From NCBI GenBank assembly GCA_030649025.1, contig JAUSGO010000022.1, positions 9,023-73,022 on the forward strand: a stretch of DNA of 64,000 nucleotides. The letters run 5' to 3'. Origin of the DNA: a bacterium. Its GTDB lineage: Bacteria; Patescibacteriota; Minisyncoccia; JAUYLV01. The notes below the pieces were generated by a model that had not been told where the DNA came from, did no database searches, and saw only the letters and a list, made by a program, of their open reading frames with translations. The position numbers were made by a program, and so were the translations under genes. This document shows, piece by piece, positions 27,965 through 37,988 of this stretch (the stretch's first letter is position 1; each line of letters opens with the position of its first letter).

Positions 27965-28363
27965 GTGGAAGAAAAACAAGTTCCTTTTCACCGTTTGGGA
28001 TTTTCCGTCGGTTCTTTGCATCTTGTGGCTGTTTACAACATGCATCCTGGGAAGCCGGAAGTTATATTACAAGTCCGAGATCCGCTTGTTACGACGGAGA
28101 TGTTCCGCCTCTCCGCCAATGAACTCCGGACGCTGGCGAATTTTATTTCCGCAGAATCCCGGAACAGCGAGATTGCGTTTGATGACGATCACTGCACGCT
28201 CTTTCTGGAGCGGCAGAATGAGGCGCTTCATTATGAAGTGCGCCGTCACGGCAATTACCATCTTCTTTATCGGCACGATCTGACCATGGCGGAAAGAGAA
28301 CTGTTCGGCATATTCGTAGCTACGATCACCCTGCGTCTTTCCGGAAAGGAACTGGCTTTCTGA
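27965..28363 (+). CDS. Hypothetical protein
   Basis: SD TAAGGAGG, TTGACG-17-TAGCAT at 27901-27929, terminator at 28388-28410. Confidence 0.65.
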   Translation: MEEKQVPFHRLGFSVGSLHLVAVYNMHPGKPEVILQVRDPLVTTEMFRLSANELRTLANFISAESRNSEIAFDDDHCTLFLERQNEALHYEVRRHGNYHLLYRHDLTMAERELFGIFVATITLRLSGKELAF

Positions 28364-28417
28364 CCGGAAGCGCAACTGATATTCCGGCTCCGCAAACTTG
28401 CGGAGTTTTTATATTAC

Positions 28418-29989
28418 TCATTCCACGATTCCTACCTCAAAATACTGGAATTTCAGGACGGAAACTTCAGTGCCACGCTTCCGGAGGTTTTCAAAAAGTT
28501 TTTCGTCTTTCTTGAGCGGCGCGATAACACTCCCCACGGGGAATGTGTAATTTTCTATCTCTTTCGGCAAAAGGTAGGTGATAGGAGCTTGCTTCAGCGA
28601 AAGGTACATCACGGTCTGGGCGGGCATAGGGATGAGTTTTCTCTCCCCGTTTGGATTTATATGCGGCACAAGCGTGCCTCCTTCGTTCACTATAACATAC
28701 TTTGTAGCAGAAGGCGGAAGGGAATTCAAATAGCGCACAATCTCTACGTAGGGTTTTGCGAACGCATATGGAGTGTTGATGTGATGGGCCCAAACGCCAA
28801 AATAGCGATAAGGCTCTATAATCCCACTGACCATAACGATGACAATAACCATGACAGGAACCACCTTTTTATTTGAAAACTTTTCTAGCAAATAGTTTAC
28901 ACCGAGAGCCGTGAGCATGAACACTGGGGGAATGATGCCGATGGAACGCAATGCGTGCGGAATGCCCTCCCAGGTGAGGAGTTCCGGACCCAAAAGAAAG
29001 CCGAGCCATGCGATAAGCAGCCAAGAGGCGGTAGATGCCGGTATTTTTTGGCGAATATTTTTTATTAGAATCCAAAGACCAATAAGGAAAAAGATGCCGA
29101 CCGGAAAGAGCAATTGCGGAGAGCAAGCCATATTGTGCCGCCAGTTACAGTCACCGCGGATGTTGAACATGCCCAGCGTCTGCACAAGAACTTTTCCGAA
29201 TGTGCGGATGGGGGAATCAGTTGCAAAAATGGAAACACCGCCCGCCCTTCCAATAAAATCCTGCGGGTGAGCGAGGAAGTAAAGTCCAATGGGGAGCGCT
29301 GTAAGAAACGCGGCTATTAGCCACCATGCGGTACGGGTAAGGAACGAACGGAGGCCGATGCGCGCTGTGCGTATGCGCAAGTATTCTATAGCGAACAACA
29401 CCAGTGCCACAAAGGGAGCAAAGCGGAACGCTATATAGGTATGAAAGCCGAGGCCGAAGAGTGCTCCGCCAATGACGGCAAATATGGCAGAGCGCCATGC
29501 ATGCGCTCTGCGCCAGGCCAGGAGCAGAAAATAAAAACTCCACACCATGAGCATGGGCACCATGATGGCGCGGAAGGCAATGCGGGAGAAATTGAGATGC
29601 CAAAAAGATGTCGCAAGAAAAAAGGCGGCAAGCAGCGCGATGCGGTCAGGATGCTCTTTTTCCCGGAAGAGTTCCCGGGTAAGTAAAAATAGGCCAAGAA
29701 CGGTCAGTGTTCCAAATAACGCCGGCCAAAACCTCAAAGAAAACTGGTTTGTGCCGAATGAACGCACCGCAAGGCCGATGAGGTTTATCCAAAGTCCTTC
29801 ACGGCCGTTATTCGTTTCGTAGAACAATTTGAAATTCCCGGTTTCAACGGCCTCAAGTCCCTCAATACCCTTAATGGCCTCATCCGGGTATATGCCTGGC
29901 GGGATGCGGTCGAGCGCGGCAAATCGCAATATGGCCGCAAATACAACGATGGCAAGTAGTGTAATTTTTACGTTTTTTTGCACATACAT
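28418..29989 (-). CDS. GT-C (GT39/PMT-like) membrane glycosyltransferase
   Basis: PPGIYPDEA, SFWHLNFSRIAFR; start reassigned to MYVQK at 29989. Confidence 0.88.
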   Translation of the reverse strand: MYVQKNVKITLLAIVVFAAILRFAALDRIPPGIYPDEAIKGIEGLEAVETGNFKLFYETNNGREGLWINLIGLAVRSFGTNQFSLRFWPALFGTLTVLGLFLLTRELFREKEHPDRIALLAAFFLATSFWHLNFSRIAFRAIMVPMLMVWSFYFLLLAWRRAHAWRSAIFAVIGGALFGLGFHTYIAFRFAPFVALVLFAIEYLRIRTARIGLRSFLTRTAWWLIAAFLTALPIGLYFLAHPQDFIGRAGGVSIFATDSPIRTFGKVLVQTLGMFNIRGDCNWRHNMACSPQLLFPVGIFFLIGLWILIKNIRQKIPASTASWLLIAWLGFLLGPELLTWEGIPHALRSIGIIPPVFMLTALGVNYLLEKFSNKKVVPVMVIVIVMVSGIIEPYRYFGVWAHHINTPYAFAKPYVEIVRYLNSLPPSATKYVIVNEGGTLVPHINPNGERKLIPMPAQTVMYLSLKQAPITYLLPKEIENYTFPVGSVIAPLKKDEKLFENLRKRGTEVSVLKFQYFEVGIVE

Positions 29990-30054
29990 AGTATAGTATT
30001 TCCCTCCACAACATGCATGGGATAAAGCGCAAAAGTATGCTATAATAAGATAAT

Positions 30055-30984
30055 ATGGTTGAATTCGATCCGCCATTCGATAAAGAAGGCTCAAATAGGG
30101 AAGCGCCTCGGGAGTACAACGACATTATACCGTCACAGAAAACACCAGAAACCTCGGCAAGCGACGCCGAGGCGTATGCCACATGGCGAGCACGCATCGA
30201 AAATTCCTTTGCACTGGCAGACGCCAGTTTGGATTATGCAGAAAGCCTTCTTCGCGAACATAACCCGGAGGGGTATAGGATTACGCGTGAAGCGGCAGAA
30301 AATAGTCTTGGCGAGCTTAGTGATGAACTGAAAAGGCAGGGACTGACCACAGATCCCGGAGCTAAAGAACTTATAGCTTGGTGGATGGAACGAGAAGGCC
30401 AACGGGCGGAGCGCATTGAAGAGATGGATGAACGCGCGAAAAGAGAATCGCGGGAGTTATCTGACAAGGAGCAAGGTATAGCCGACTCCACAGAAAACGT
30501 TCCGGCAGAGGAAGCTTCATTTGAAAACGAAGAAGGTGGACAATCGCGAAGCATCGCCTCGGAAGCACGGCCGGCAAGTGCCAATCAGGAAGGCGTTACG
30601 GCAGAAGTAGAAAAAGCCGCAGAAGAAGTCGGAAAAATTATAGTGAGCGGCAAAGAATTAACACCGGGACAGGTTACCAAAGTTGAACAGACAGTGGAAG
30701 TATTGGAAGCATCGAGTCCTGAAGTGAAAAGATTGGCGGAAGCAGCAAAGAAAGAAATAAAGGCAGTGCAAAAGGATCCGTCGCGGTGGGAACGGATGAG
30801 AAACTGGCTAAAGTCGAAAGATGAGACCTTCAAAAAAGATGTAAAAGCAGAAGGTGGAATTGGCGCGGTTGTAAAGAAAGGTAAACTTGGAAAACTGTTT
30901 GAGTACGGTTTCATGGTCCTTCTTTTTGCAATATCGAACCTGCTGTCTAAGAGGATTGAAAAGATCGATAAAAAACGGCATTAA
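30055..30984 (+). CDS. Hypothetical acidic helical protein with C-terminal hydrophobic segment
   Basis: 309-aa ORF; TGCTATAAT 8 nt before the ATG. Confidence 0.7.
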   Translation: MVEFDPPFDKEGSNREAPREYNDIIPSQKTPETSASDAEAYATWRARIENSFALADASLDYAESLLREHNPEGYRITREAAENSLGELSDELKRQGLTTDPGAKELIAWWMEREGQRAERIEEMDERAKRESRELSDKEQGIADSTENVPAEEASFENEEGGQSRSIASEARPASANQEGVTAEVEKAAEEVGKIIVSGKELTPGQVTKVEQTVEVLEASSPEVKRLAEAAKKEIKAVQKDPSRWERMRNWLKSKDETFKKDVKAEGGIGAVVKKGKLGKLFEYGFMVLLFAISNLLSKRIEKIDKKRH

Positions 30985-30996
30985 AGCAGAACATCT

Positions 30997-32022
30997 GTGT
31001 CGCACGAACATTCTCATCATGCGGGTGAAGGAAGCGGCAATGTGAACCCCGTTAGAAGTAGGATGCGGACTCGCCTCACCAGAGATCCGGTTCCGGAGGA
31101 TCCTATATCTGCCGAAGATAAAGCTCTCTCTGACGGGGCAAGAGCGTCCGTGACTTCTAACGGGGTGAAGATAGCGGCGATTCTTAATATCGCTTTTACG
31201 GTCGTCGAATTTATCGGAGGAGCTTTGACAAACAGTCTTGCGGTAATGGCCGATGCGCTCCACGACCTTGGCGACAGCATGGTACTGCTCTCATCCTGGA
31301 AGATTGAAAGCCTCTCGCAGCGTTCGCCGGATTGGAAACGTACGTTCGGATACCGGCGGATGTCGCTTCTTGCGGCATTTTTAAACGCTGTAGTGCTTCT
31401 GGGGGGTTCGGTAATCATTTTCTTTCAAGTCATCGGACGCCTTGTAAACCCTCAGCCGGTGCATGCGGTTGGTATTATATGGCTTGCCGTTCTGGGTATC
31501 GTTGTAAACACTGCAGGAAGTCTAAAATTGAAAAAAGGCGGGAGCCTGAATGAGCGGATGATATCGTGGCATCTCCTTGAAGATGTTTTGGGGTGGGTGG
31601 GCATTCTGCTTGCGGGAATTATTATGCACTTTACTGGATTTTACAGAATTGACCCCGTCATCACCATAGGATTTACCGTATTTGTGCTTTGGGGCGTATG
31701 GCGGAATTCCAAAGAGCTTCTGAATGTATTTCTTGAAGGAGTGCCCTCGAATGTTTCGCTTAAAGAGCTTCTTCGGGAATTAGGAACGATTACGGACGTG
31801 CGGGAAATTTGTGATATTCATGTATGGTCGCTGGATGGCAAACAACATCTCTGCGCGCTCAAAGTAATTGTTAAGCCCGGCGCCATGAAGGATTGCGCGG
31901 TGTTGCAGGGGGCCATTCGGAAGAAATTAGAAAACTATCACATCGTGCACTCTACCATTGAATTGCAGGAAGAACAGTTCCACGTTCACACGCAGCACGA
32001 CCAGGCTTTTTTAACGAATTAA
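30997..32022 (+). CDS. Cation diffusion facilitator (CzcD/ZitB-like) with a 41-aa element-derived insertion
   Basis: NSLAVMADALHDLGD, TFGYRR, HLLEDVLG, DIHVWSL, HSTIEL. Confidence 0.93.
   Translation: MSHEHSHHAGEGSGNVNPVRSRMRTRLTRDPVPEDPISAEDKALSDGARASVTSNGVKIAAILNIAFTVVEFIGGALTNSLAVMADALHDLGDSMVLLSSWKIESLSQRSPDWKRTFGYRRMSLLAAFLNAVVLLGGSVIIFFQVIGRLVNPQPVHAVGIIWLAVLGIVVNTAGSLKLKKGGSLNERMISWHLLEDVLGWVGILLAGIIMHFTGFYRIDPVITIGFTVFVLWGVWRNSKELLNVFLEGVPSNVSLKELLRELGTITDVREICDIHVWSLDGKQHLCALKVIVKPGAMKDCAVLQGAIRKKLENYHIVHSTIELQEEQFHVHTQHDQAFLTN
31047..31165. mobile_element. CCCCGTTAGA-type element inserted in frame in the CDF gene
   Basis: 13-bp IR CCCCGTTAGAAGT/ACTTCTAACGGGG; GTGAA direct repeats at 31042 and 31165, 123 bp apart. 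Confidence 0.8.
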
Positions 32023-32031
32023 TAATCCAGT

Positions 32032-32493
32032 ATGGATGCAGTAAACGGGAAACCACAAGAACAACAGCCCTTCGCCGACGAAGAGGAAATCAAAATATTG
32101 GAAAAGCGACTTCAGCTTTTACGAGAAGGATTACGTCCGCCCGGTTCCGCAGAGAGCGTAAAGGAGGCCAAAGAGGCCGGAGAAATTCTTGAAGGATCTT
32201 CGCAGGGAAAGGGTCCCGGGGGAGTGCCTCCGCCACCAACCGCAATACCCGCACCATCTTCTATGGATGTGCATTTTCATGATGTGAAAGCGGAAGAATT
32301 GAAGGGATACGAGACCGATAGGCAACTCAAAGCACTTGTTGAAGTAGCTCTTGAGCGGAGCCTAGGGGATGCTGTTGACATTGCCAGGCGCCTGGACGAT
32401 GCATATTTGCTTGATGCGTTCCACGATGTGCTTTGTGACGATACGGAACTGAATAGGCAACTCGTCGAACGAGGGAAATTAAAGGAATTATGA
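32032..32493 (+). CDS. Hypothetical protein upstream of the VirD4-like ATPase
   Basis: AVDIARRLDDAYLLDAFHD motif; ATGA overlap with the next gene. Confidence 0.75.
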   Translation: MDAVNGKPQEQQPFADEEEIKILEKRLQLLREGLRPPGSAESVKEAKEAGEILEGSSQGKGPGGVPPPPTAIPAPSSMDVHFHDVKAEELKGYETDRQLKALVEVALERSLGDAVDIARRLDDAYLLDAFHDVLCDDTELNRQLVERGKLKEL

Positions 32494-34994
32494 CCGCATT
32501 TTTTCTTACCATCTTTATCGTTATCATCGTGCTCGTTATCATCGGGCTTATACTTTTTATGTTGCTGGAGATGAAGCGCGAGAAAGCACGTCTCATAAAA
32601 TCTCTCAACATGGCGCTGTTCCTGGTGCGTCTGCCCAAGGAAGATATTTCGGGAGAAGAGCGCAAACAGGACAAGGAACGTATCGCGGTGATGGAACAGC
32701 TTATCTCGTCATTTGCGACGATGCATGAGGGTGGATGGAAGGGCGTCGTATCCGGACAGCCTGCCGTAGTGCTCGAGATGGCCGTGCATCACATTGGGGA
32801 AGAGATACATTTTTATATCGCAGGACCCGTGCGTTCGGCCGAGCTTATTCAGAGGACCGTACATGGGTTTTACTCTGCCGCTTCGGTGGAACGGGTACAG
32901 GATTATAATATTTTCAATCCGCACGGCACGCACGCGGGTTCCGTTCTTACGCTTGCAAAGAGATATTTTCTGCCTCTGCGTTCCTATGTCACGCTGGAAA
33001 GCGATCCGCTGAACAATATCTCCAACGCTCTTTCGAAACTGGAACGGGAAGGCGAGGGGGCCGCGATACAAGTGGTCATGCAGCATGCGGGTAATAGCTG
33101 GAACAAGAAGGCTTTTGCGGTCGCGCGTCTCATGCAGCGGGGCAAGTCGTATGAAGCTGCCGTGTCCGAAGCGGCCGGAGGATTTTTAGGATTTTTGAAG
33201 GAACTATCCGGTGGCGTAGGCGGGGAAGATAAAAAGAAGAAAGAGGCCGACGAGAAAGCAAAAACCTCGCTTACGCCTCTGGCTCAGGAGACCATTAAGG
33301 GTATAGAAGGGAAAGCGAGCAAGGCGGGATTTTCGGTCAATGTTCGGCTTATCGCTTCCGCTCCGGACGCACTTCGGGCAGAACGCATTCTTGAACAACT
33401 TGAGAATGCATTTGCGCAATTCTCTCATCCGGCATGGAACGGTTTTAAGCCCAGACGCGTCAAAGGCCGTGCGCTTAGAAATCTTCTTTATAACTTTTCT
33501 TTCCGTGTGTTTTCCGAAGATGAGGCGATGTTGCTCAATACCGAAGAGATCTCGAGTCTCTATCACTTTCCTATCTCAACGCTGCAGACTCCCCGAATCG
33601 GGTGGCTTAAGGCAAAGACCGCTCCTCCGCCAGAAAATCTTCCCGAGGCGGAGGAGGGAGACGGCGTTACCATCGGCGATAGTCTTTTTCGCGGCCAGGC
33701 GCGCGCGGTGCGCATGCTGCGAGAAGACCGGCGGAGGCATCTCTACGTTGTGGGACAGACCGGCACCGGAAAATCAACGCTACTTTCCGAGATGATACGG
33801 CAGGACATTGAAAAAGGGGAGGGCGTGGGCATTATTGACCCGCACGGAGATCTTGCGGAGCTTGCGCTTAGCCTTGTGCCTCGTGAGCGCATAAAGGACG
33901 TGGTGTACTTCAACCCGGGAGATATGGAGCGGCCCGTCGGGCTTAATATGCTGGAAGCTAAAGGAGAAGACCAGCGGGATTTTGCGGTTCAGGAAATGAT
34001 AGCGATATTCATGAAGCTTTTTCCACCCGAGGTTGTGGGTCCCATGTTCGAGCACAACATGCGCAATGCCATGCTCACGCTCATGGCCGACCCGGAAAAT
34101 CCCGGCACTATCGTGGAAATTCCGCGCATATTTACGGACGAGGCTTATGTGCGTTCGCTTCTGCCAAAAGTTCAGGACCCTGTTGTTCGGGCATTCTGGG
34201 AAAAAGAGATGGCCAAGACCAGCGAATTCCATAAATCCGAGATGCTCGGGTATTTGGTCTCGAAGGTCGGTAGGTTTGTGGAGAATGAAATGATGCGCAA
34301 TATCATTGGGCAACCCCGAAGCGGCTTCAATATCCGTGATATTATGGATAATCGCAAGATACTCATTGCGAATCTCTCCAAGGGCAAAATGGGGGAAGTG
34401 AATTCCTCGCTTTTAGGCATGATACTTGTTTCCAAACTTCAGATGGCCGCTATGGCCAGGGGCGATATAACCCAGGAAGGCCGCGCCGACTTCTATTTGT
34501 ATATTGACGAATTTCAGAATTTTACGACCGATTCCATTGCAACTATTCTTTCCGAAGCGCGGAAATATCGCCTCAATCTTATTATGGCTCACCAGTTCAT
34601 CGCGCAACTTCCGGAGAATATTAAGAACGCGGCTTTTGGCAATGTCGGGTCGCTGTGTGCGCTGCGCGTCGGCGCGGATGATGGTGAGTATCTGGCCAAA
34701 CAATTTGAGCCGGCTTTTTCGCAGCAGGACCTTTTGAATCTTGACAACTTCAATGCGGTGGTAAAGCTCATGATACGCGGACAGACCTCCCGCCCCTTCA
34801 ACACGCTTGTACATAAACCATGGGAGCGGGGTGTGAAGCCGGATCTACAAGCCGCCCAGGCACTCAAAGAATTCTCGCGTCTCACGTACGGCAGAGCGCG
34901 AGAGGTGGTGCAAAAAGAGATCCTGGAGCGTTCCCAGCTTGCCCGCCCTGTTGCTGCGCCATCGGCGATGACTCCCGGGGAAAGTAATAAATAA
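32490..34994 (+). CDS. VirD4/TraD/HerA-like membrane ATPase
   Basis: N-terminal TM; RRHLYVVGQTGTGKS, IDPHGD, LYIDEFQNF, SEARKY, AHQ. Confidence 0.9.
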   Translation: MTAFFLTIFIVIIVLVIIGLILFMLLEMKREKARLIKSLNMALFLVRLPKEDISGEERKQDKERIAVMEQLISSFATMHEGGWKGVVSGQPAVVLEMAVHHIGEEIHFYIAGPVRSAELIQRTVHGFYSAASVERVQDYNIFNPHGTHAGSVLTLAKRYFLPLRSYVTLESDPLNNISNALSKLEREGEGAAIQVVMQHAGNSWNKKAFAVARLMQRGKSYEAAVSEAAGGFLGFLKELSGGVGGEDKKKKEADEKAKTSLTPLAQETIKGIEGKASKAGFSVNVRLIASAPDALRAERILEQLENAFAQFSHPAWNGFKPRRVKGRALRNLLYNFSFRVFSEDEAMLLNTEEISSLYHFPISTLQTPRIGWLKAKTAPPPENLPEAEEGDGVTIGDSLFRGQARAVRMLREDRRRHLYVVGQTGTGKSTLLSEMIRQDIEKGEGVGIIDPHGDLAELALSLVPRERIKDVVYFNPGDMERPVGLNMLEAKGEDQRDFAVQEMIAIFMKLFPPEVVGPMFEHNMRNAMLTLMADPENPGTIVEIPRIFTDEAYVRSLLPKVQDPVVRAFWEKEMAKTSEFHKSEMLGYLVSKVGRFVENEMMRNIIGQPRSGFNIRDIMDNRKILIANLSKGKMGEVNSSLLGMILVSKLQMAAMARGDITQEGRADFYLYIDEFQNFTTDSIATILSEARKYRLNLIMAHQFIAQLPENIKNAAFGNVGSLCALRVGADDGEYLAKQFEPAFSQQDLLNLDNFNAVVKLMIRGQTSRPFNTLVHKPWERGVKPDLQAAQALKEFSRLTYGRAREVVQKEILERSQLARPVAAPSAMTPGESNK

Positions 34995-35026
34995 AACTCC
35001 TTTTTATTAATTAAGAGAACGTTTTT

Positions 35027-35704
35027 ATGGAAAATGCTTCATCGATTCCGGTGACGCCCGTAGGCGCGGGGCAGCCTGTTGCATCCCGGGGGCTTAAGCT
35101 TTCGGACACCATTGCAATTCTTGTTATAGGAGAATTATTCGCCTGGCTTCTTATGGTGGTGCGCAAGGGCGCGGAACTTGCTGTGCCGCAGGCCATCATG
35201 TATTCCCTGCCCATCGTGATGCCGCTTGTGGCACTTGGGTGTTTGTGGGTTATGGCAATCCTGGGGCGAAGACGGCCGACGCTCTTCCAGCTCGGCAAAT
35301 ATGCGGCAATCGGTTTTTTTAACACGGCGCTTGATTTTGCGATTTTTAATTCCTTGGTGCTCTTAACGAATATCGAACCAAGGGGCGCACGTGCGGGGCT
35401 TCTTACCACGATTTCATTTACGATAGCGGTCATAAACTCATATCTCTGGAATAAATACTGGACATTCCGCTCAAAAGGTCCTGCGCGGGTTGGTGAGTTC
35501 GCGCAATTCGTGGTTGTGGCGCTTGTCGGGCTTGTTCTGGTGAGCGGATTTCTCACGGTAATGACTAAGTTTATCGAACCGCCCTACGGGCTCAACATCC
35601 GCCAGTGGGCTAATGCCGTGAAAGTAATGTCTATTTTCATCAGCCTTGCCTGGAACTTTTCCGGATACAAATTCATAGTGTTCCGCACGAAGAAAGTGGT
35701 TTGA
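35027..35704 (+). CDS. GtrA family flippase-like protein
   Basis: KYAAIGFFNTALDF, NSYLWNKYWTF, WNFSGYKFIVF. Confidence 0.9.
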   Translation: MENASSIPVTPVGAGQPVASRGLKLSDTIAILVIGELFAWLLMVVRKGAELAVPQAIMYSLPIVMPLVALGCLWVMAILGRRRPTLFQLGKYAAIGFFNTALDFAIFNSLVLLTNIEPRGARAGLLTTISFTIAVINSYLWNKYWTFRSKGPARVGEFAQFVVVALVGLVLVSGFLTVMTKFIEPPYGLNIRQWANAVKVMSIFISLAWNFSGYKFIVFRTKKVV

Positions 35705-35801
35705 AGATTGTCAAAACCGCCCATCGGTAAGCCGAGGAGCGGTTTTGGTATTAAAAAATATGGGCTACACCGTTCGTCTGGTGTAGCCCTTTGGCCCACA
35801 G

Positions 35802-36209
35802 TCAACTGGTCTCGGTCGTTTGCGCCACTCGAAGAAAAACCATCCGATTGTGCGCCTCGGCGAGGCCGATGCGAAATTTTTGAATGTACACTCCTGCGGT
35901 GAGGGAGTCCCCAAAGATTTTCTCCGCCAAGGATTTCTCAAGCGCTCCAACCTCGGCCTTCAAAGCCGTGATGGCAGACTCGATCTTCCCGACATCTGCG
36001 GCCTCGCTTGCTGCGACCAGAGATTCGAATAACCTCTGTCCGGCAAGCAAACACTCCTTTTCGGATGGCGAGTATGACTCCTTGTGGCGCCACACCATTC
36101 GCCCCTTCCCCCCACATATCAGTCTCACAGGGATCATTGGCGTGCCACAGCGGCAAATGGACTCACCGGAGCTGACAGAATCGATGATTCTTCCTACCTT
36201 TCTTCCCAT
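35802..36209 (-). CDS. Hypothetical protein
   Basis: SD AAAGGAG before the ATG at 36209; TTGACA-17-TATACT at 36255-36283; hairpin at 35713-35746. Confidence 0.65.
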   Translation of the reverse strand: MGRKVGRIIDSVSSGESICRCGTPMIPVRLICGGKGRMVWRHKESYSPSEKECLLAGQRLFESLVAASEAADVGKIESAITALKAEVGALEKSLAEKIFGDSLTAGVYIQKFRIGLAEAHNRMVFLRVAQTTETS

Positions 36210-36355
36210 GTCCGATCTCCTTTCAGGGCAAAATGAGAGCAATTCTTATTTACTAGTATAATCTACTTTATAATAATTGTCAAGGTCTGGCGCTTTTCTA
36301 AGGAGAAGTGACAAATCCATGTTATCTGCGCACACAATGAGGTACAATACGAGCT

Positions 36356-37912
36356 ATGAAAAAAGTACTGTTTTTCGGCATATTGGTTGTCGTTCTTGCA
36401 ATAACCGGCGTGGCAGGAATTATCCTATATCATAAATATATTCGTGGTGCTCTGCCCGCTTTCAAAAATCCCTCCAAGGACATTGCGGAGCTTATCGAGA
36501 AAGCTGCGAAAGAACCGCAAAACCTCACGGGAATGCCGCTTACAATTCCTGCCGGATTTTCCATTTCTATTTTTGCAAAGAACCTTCCCGGAGCGCGCGT
36601 GATGGCGCAAGACCGTTTCGGGAATTTTTGGGTAAGCCAAACGGGGAAAGGAAAAATTTCTTTTCTAGAAGTTGCCGAAGGGAAAGTGGTAAGAGTCGCC
36701 GAAATGTTAAAAGGGCTTAAGAGTCCCCACGGGCTTGCATTCGATCCCGAGAACGGCACGATGCTCTACATCGCCGAAGAGGACAAGATCTCGCGCCTGC
36801 CGACATACTCCGATGGCCACTTGGAAAAAGTCATTGACCTCCCTTCGGGCGGCAGACATTTCACGCGCACGCTCGGCTTCGGACCCGACAATAAGCTATA
36901 TGTTTCCATCGGCTCCACCTGCAATGTGTGCCACGAAGAAGATCCTCGAAATGCAAAAATTTTTTCTCTTAACCGCGACGGAAGCGATTTCAAAGAGTTC
37001 GCGCGTGGTTTGCGGAACGCCGTCTTTTTCACCTGGAGCTATGTCGACGGAAAGATGTGGGCAACCGAGATGGGCCGGGACGGGCTGGGAGACAATCTGC
37101 CGCCGGATGAGATAAACATCGTAGAGCAGGATAAAAACTACGGCTGGCCGACCTGTTACGGCAAAAACATCCACGACACCGAATTCGACAAAAATACGTA
37201 TATCCGGAATCCCTGTATGGATCCGTTTGAAATGCCTTCAGTTGTCGATCTACCGGCACATTCTGCGCCATTGGGTCTTGCATTCGTCCCGGAAGAAGGC
37301 TGGCCGGAAGAGTATTGGTATAACCTTCTTGTCGCCTACCACGGCTCATGGAACCGCACCCAGCCCACCGGATACAAAGTGGCGCGCATAAAACTCGATG
37401 CGAAGGGAGCGTACCTGGGAACGGAAGATTTTATTACGGGCTGGCTTACAGCCGACAACGAAGCGCTTGGCCGTCCCGTTGATATACTTACAGTGCCCGG
37501 CGGTATTGCATACATTTCAGACGATAAGGCAGGCGTGATATATAAGCTTAGCTATCTTCGCAATGAAGAGCCCGGAGATGCTTCTGATAAATCGAGCCTT
37601 ATTCGCCTTGATAATCCTCTTTCCGGCAGTATCGTGAAAAATCCCCTTACAGTTTCAGGTGAAGCGCGAGGCTATTGGTTTTTTGAAGCATCATTTCCCG
37701 TAAAGCTCCTCGATGGCAACGGAAAACTTCTTGTCGTACTGCCTGCGCAAGCCCAAGAAGAATGGATGACAGAAAATTTTGTTCCTTTCCGCGTAACCCT
37801 GGAGTTTGAAACCCCTGAAACCGAAACAGGAACGCTTGTGCTTGAGCGCGATAACCCCTCCGGCCTTCCGGAACACGCGGATGAATTAAGAGTCCCTATT
37901 CGGTTTCGTTAA
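36356..37912 (+). CDS. Soluble glucose/sorbosone dehydrogenase-like beta-propeller with C-terminal Gmad2-like Ig domain
   Basis: LYVSIGSTCN, GLRN, PPDEIN, YGWP, AHSAPLG, GRPVD; GEARGYWFFEASFPV...DNPSG. Confidence 0.88.
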   Translation: MKKVLFFGILVVVLAITGVAGIILYHKYIRGALPAFKNPSKDIAELIEKAAKEPQNLTGMPLTIPAGFSISIFAKNLPGARVMAQDRFGNFWVSQTGKGKISFLEVAEGKVVRVAEMLKGLKSPHGLAFDPENGTMLYIAEEDKISRLPTYSDGHLEKVIDLPSGGRHFTRTLGFGPDNKLYVSIGSTCNVCHEEDPRNAKIFSLNRDGSDFKEFARGLRNAVFFTWSYVDGKMWATEMGRDGLGDNLPPDEINIVEQDKNYGWPTCYGKNIHDTEFDKNTYIRNPCMDPFEMPSVVDLPAHSAPLGLAFVPEEGWPEEYWYNLLVAYHGSWNRTQPTGYKVARIKLDAKGAYLGTEDFITGWLTADNEALGRPVDILTVPGGIAYISDDKAGVIYKLSYLRNEEPGDASDKSSLIRLDNPLSGSIVKNPLTVSGEARGYWFFEASFPVKLLDGNGKLLVVLPAQAQEEWMTENFVPFRVTLEFETPETETGTLVLERDNPSGLPEHADELRVPIRFR

Positions 37913-37988
37913 CAGGTAAACTTGACAAAAAGCATAACTATGTGCTATATTATCTTTGTAGTATACTTTGACAACTCGGAGGTGCGCC

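Noticed and set aside
29990-30094. Long N-terminus of the second GT-C protein
   Set aside because: It overlaps the divergent gene and its promoter; the start at 29989 is more plausible
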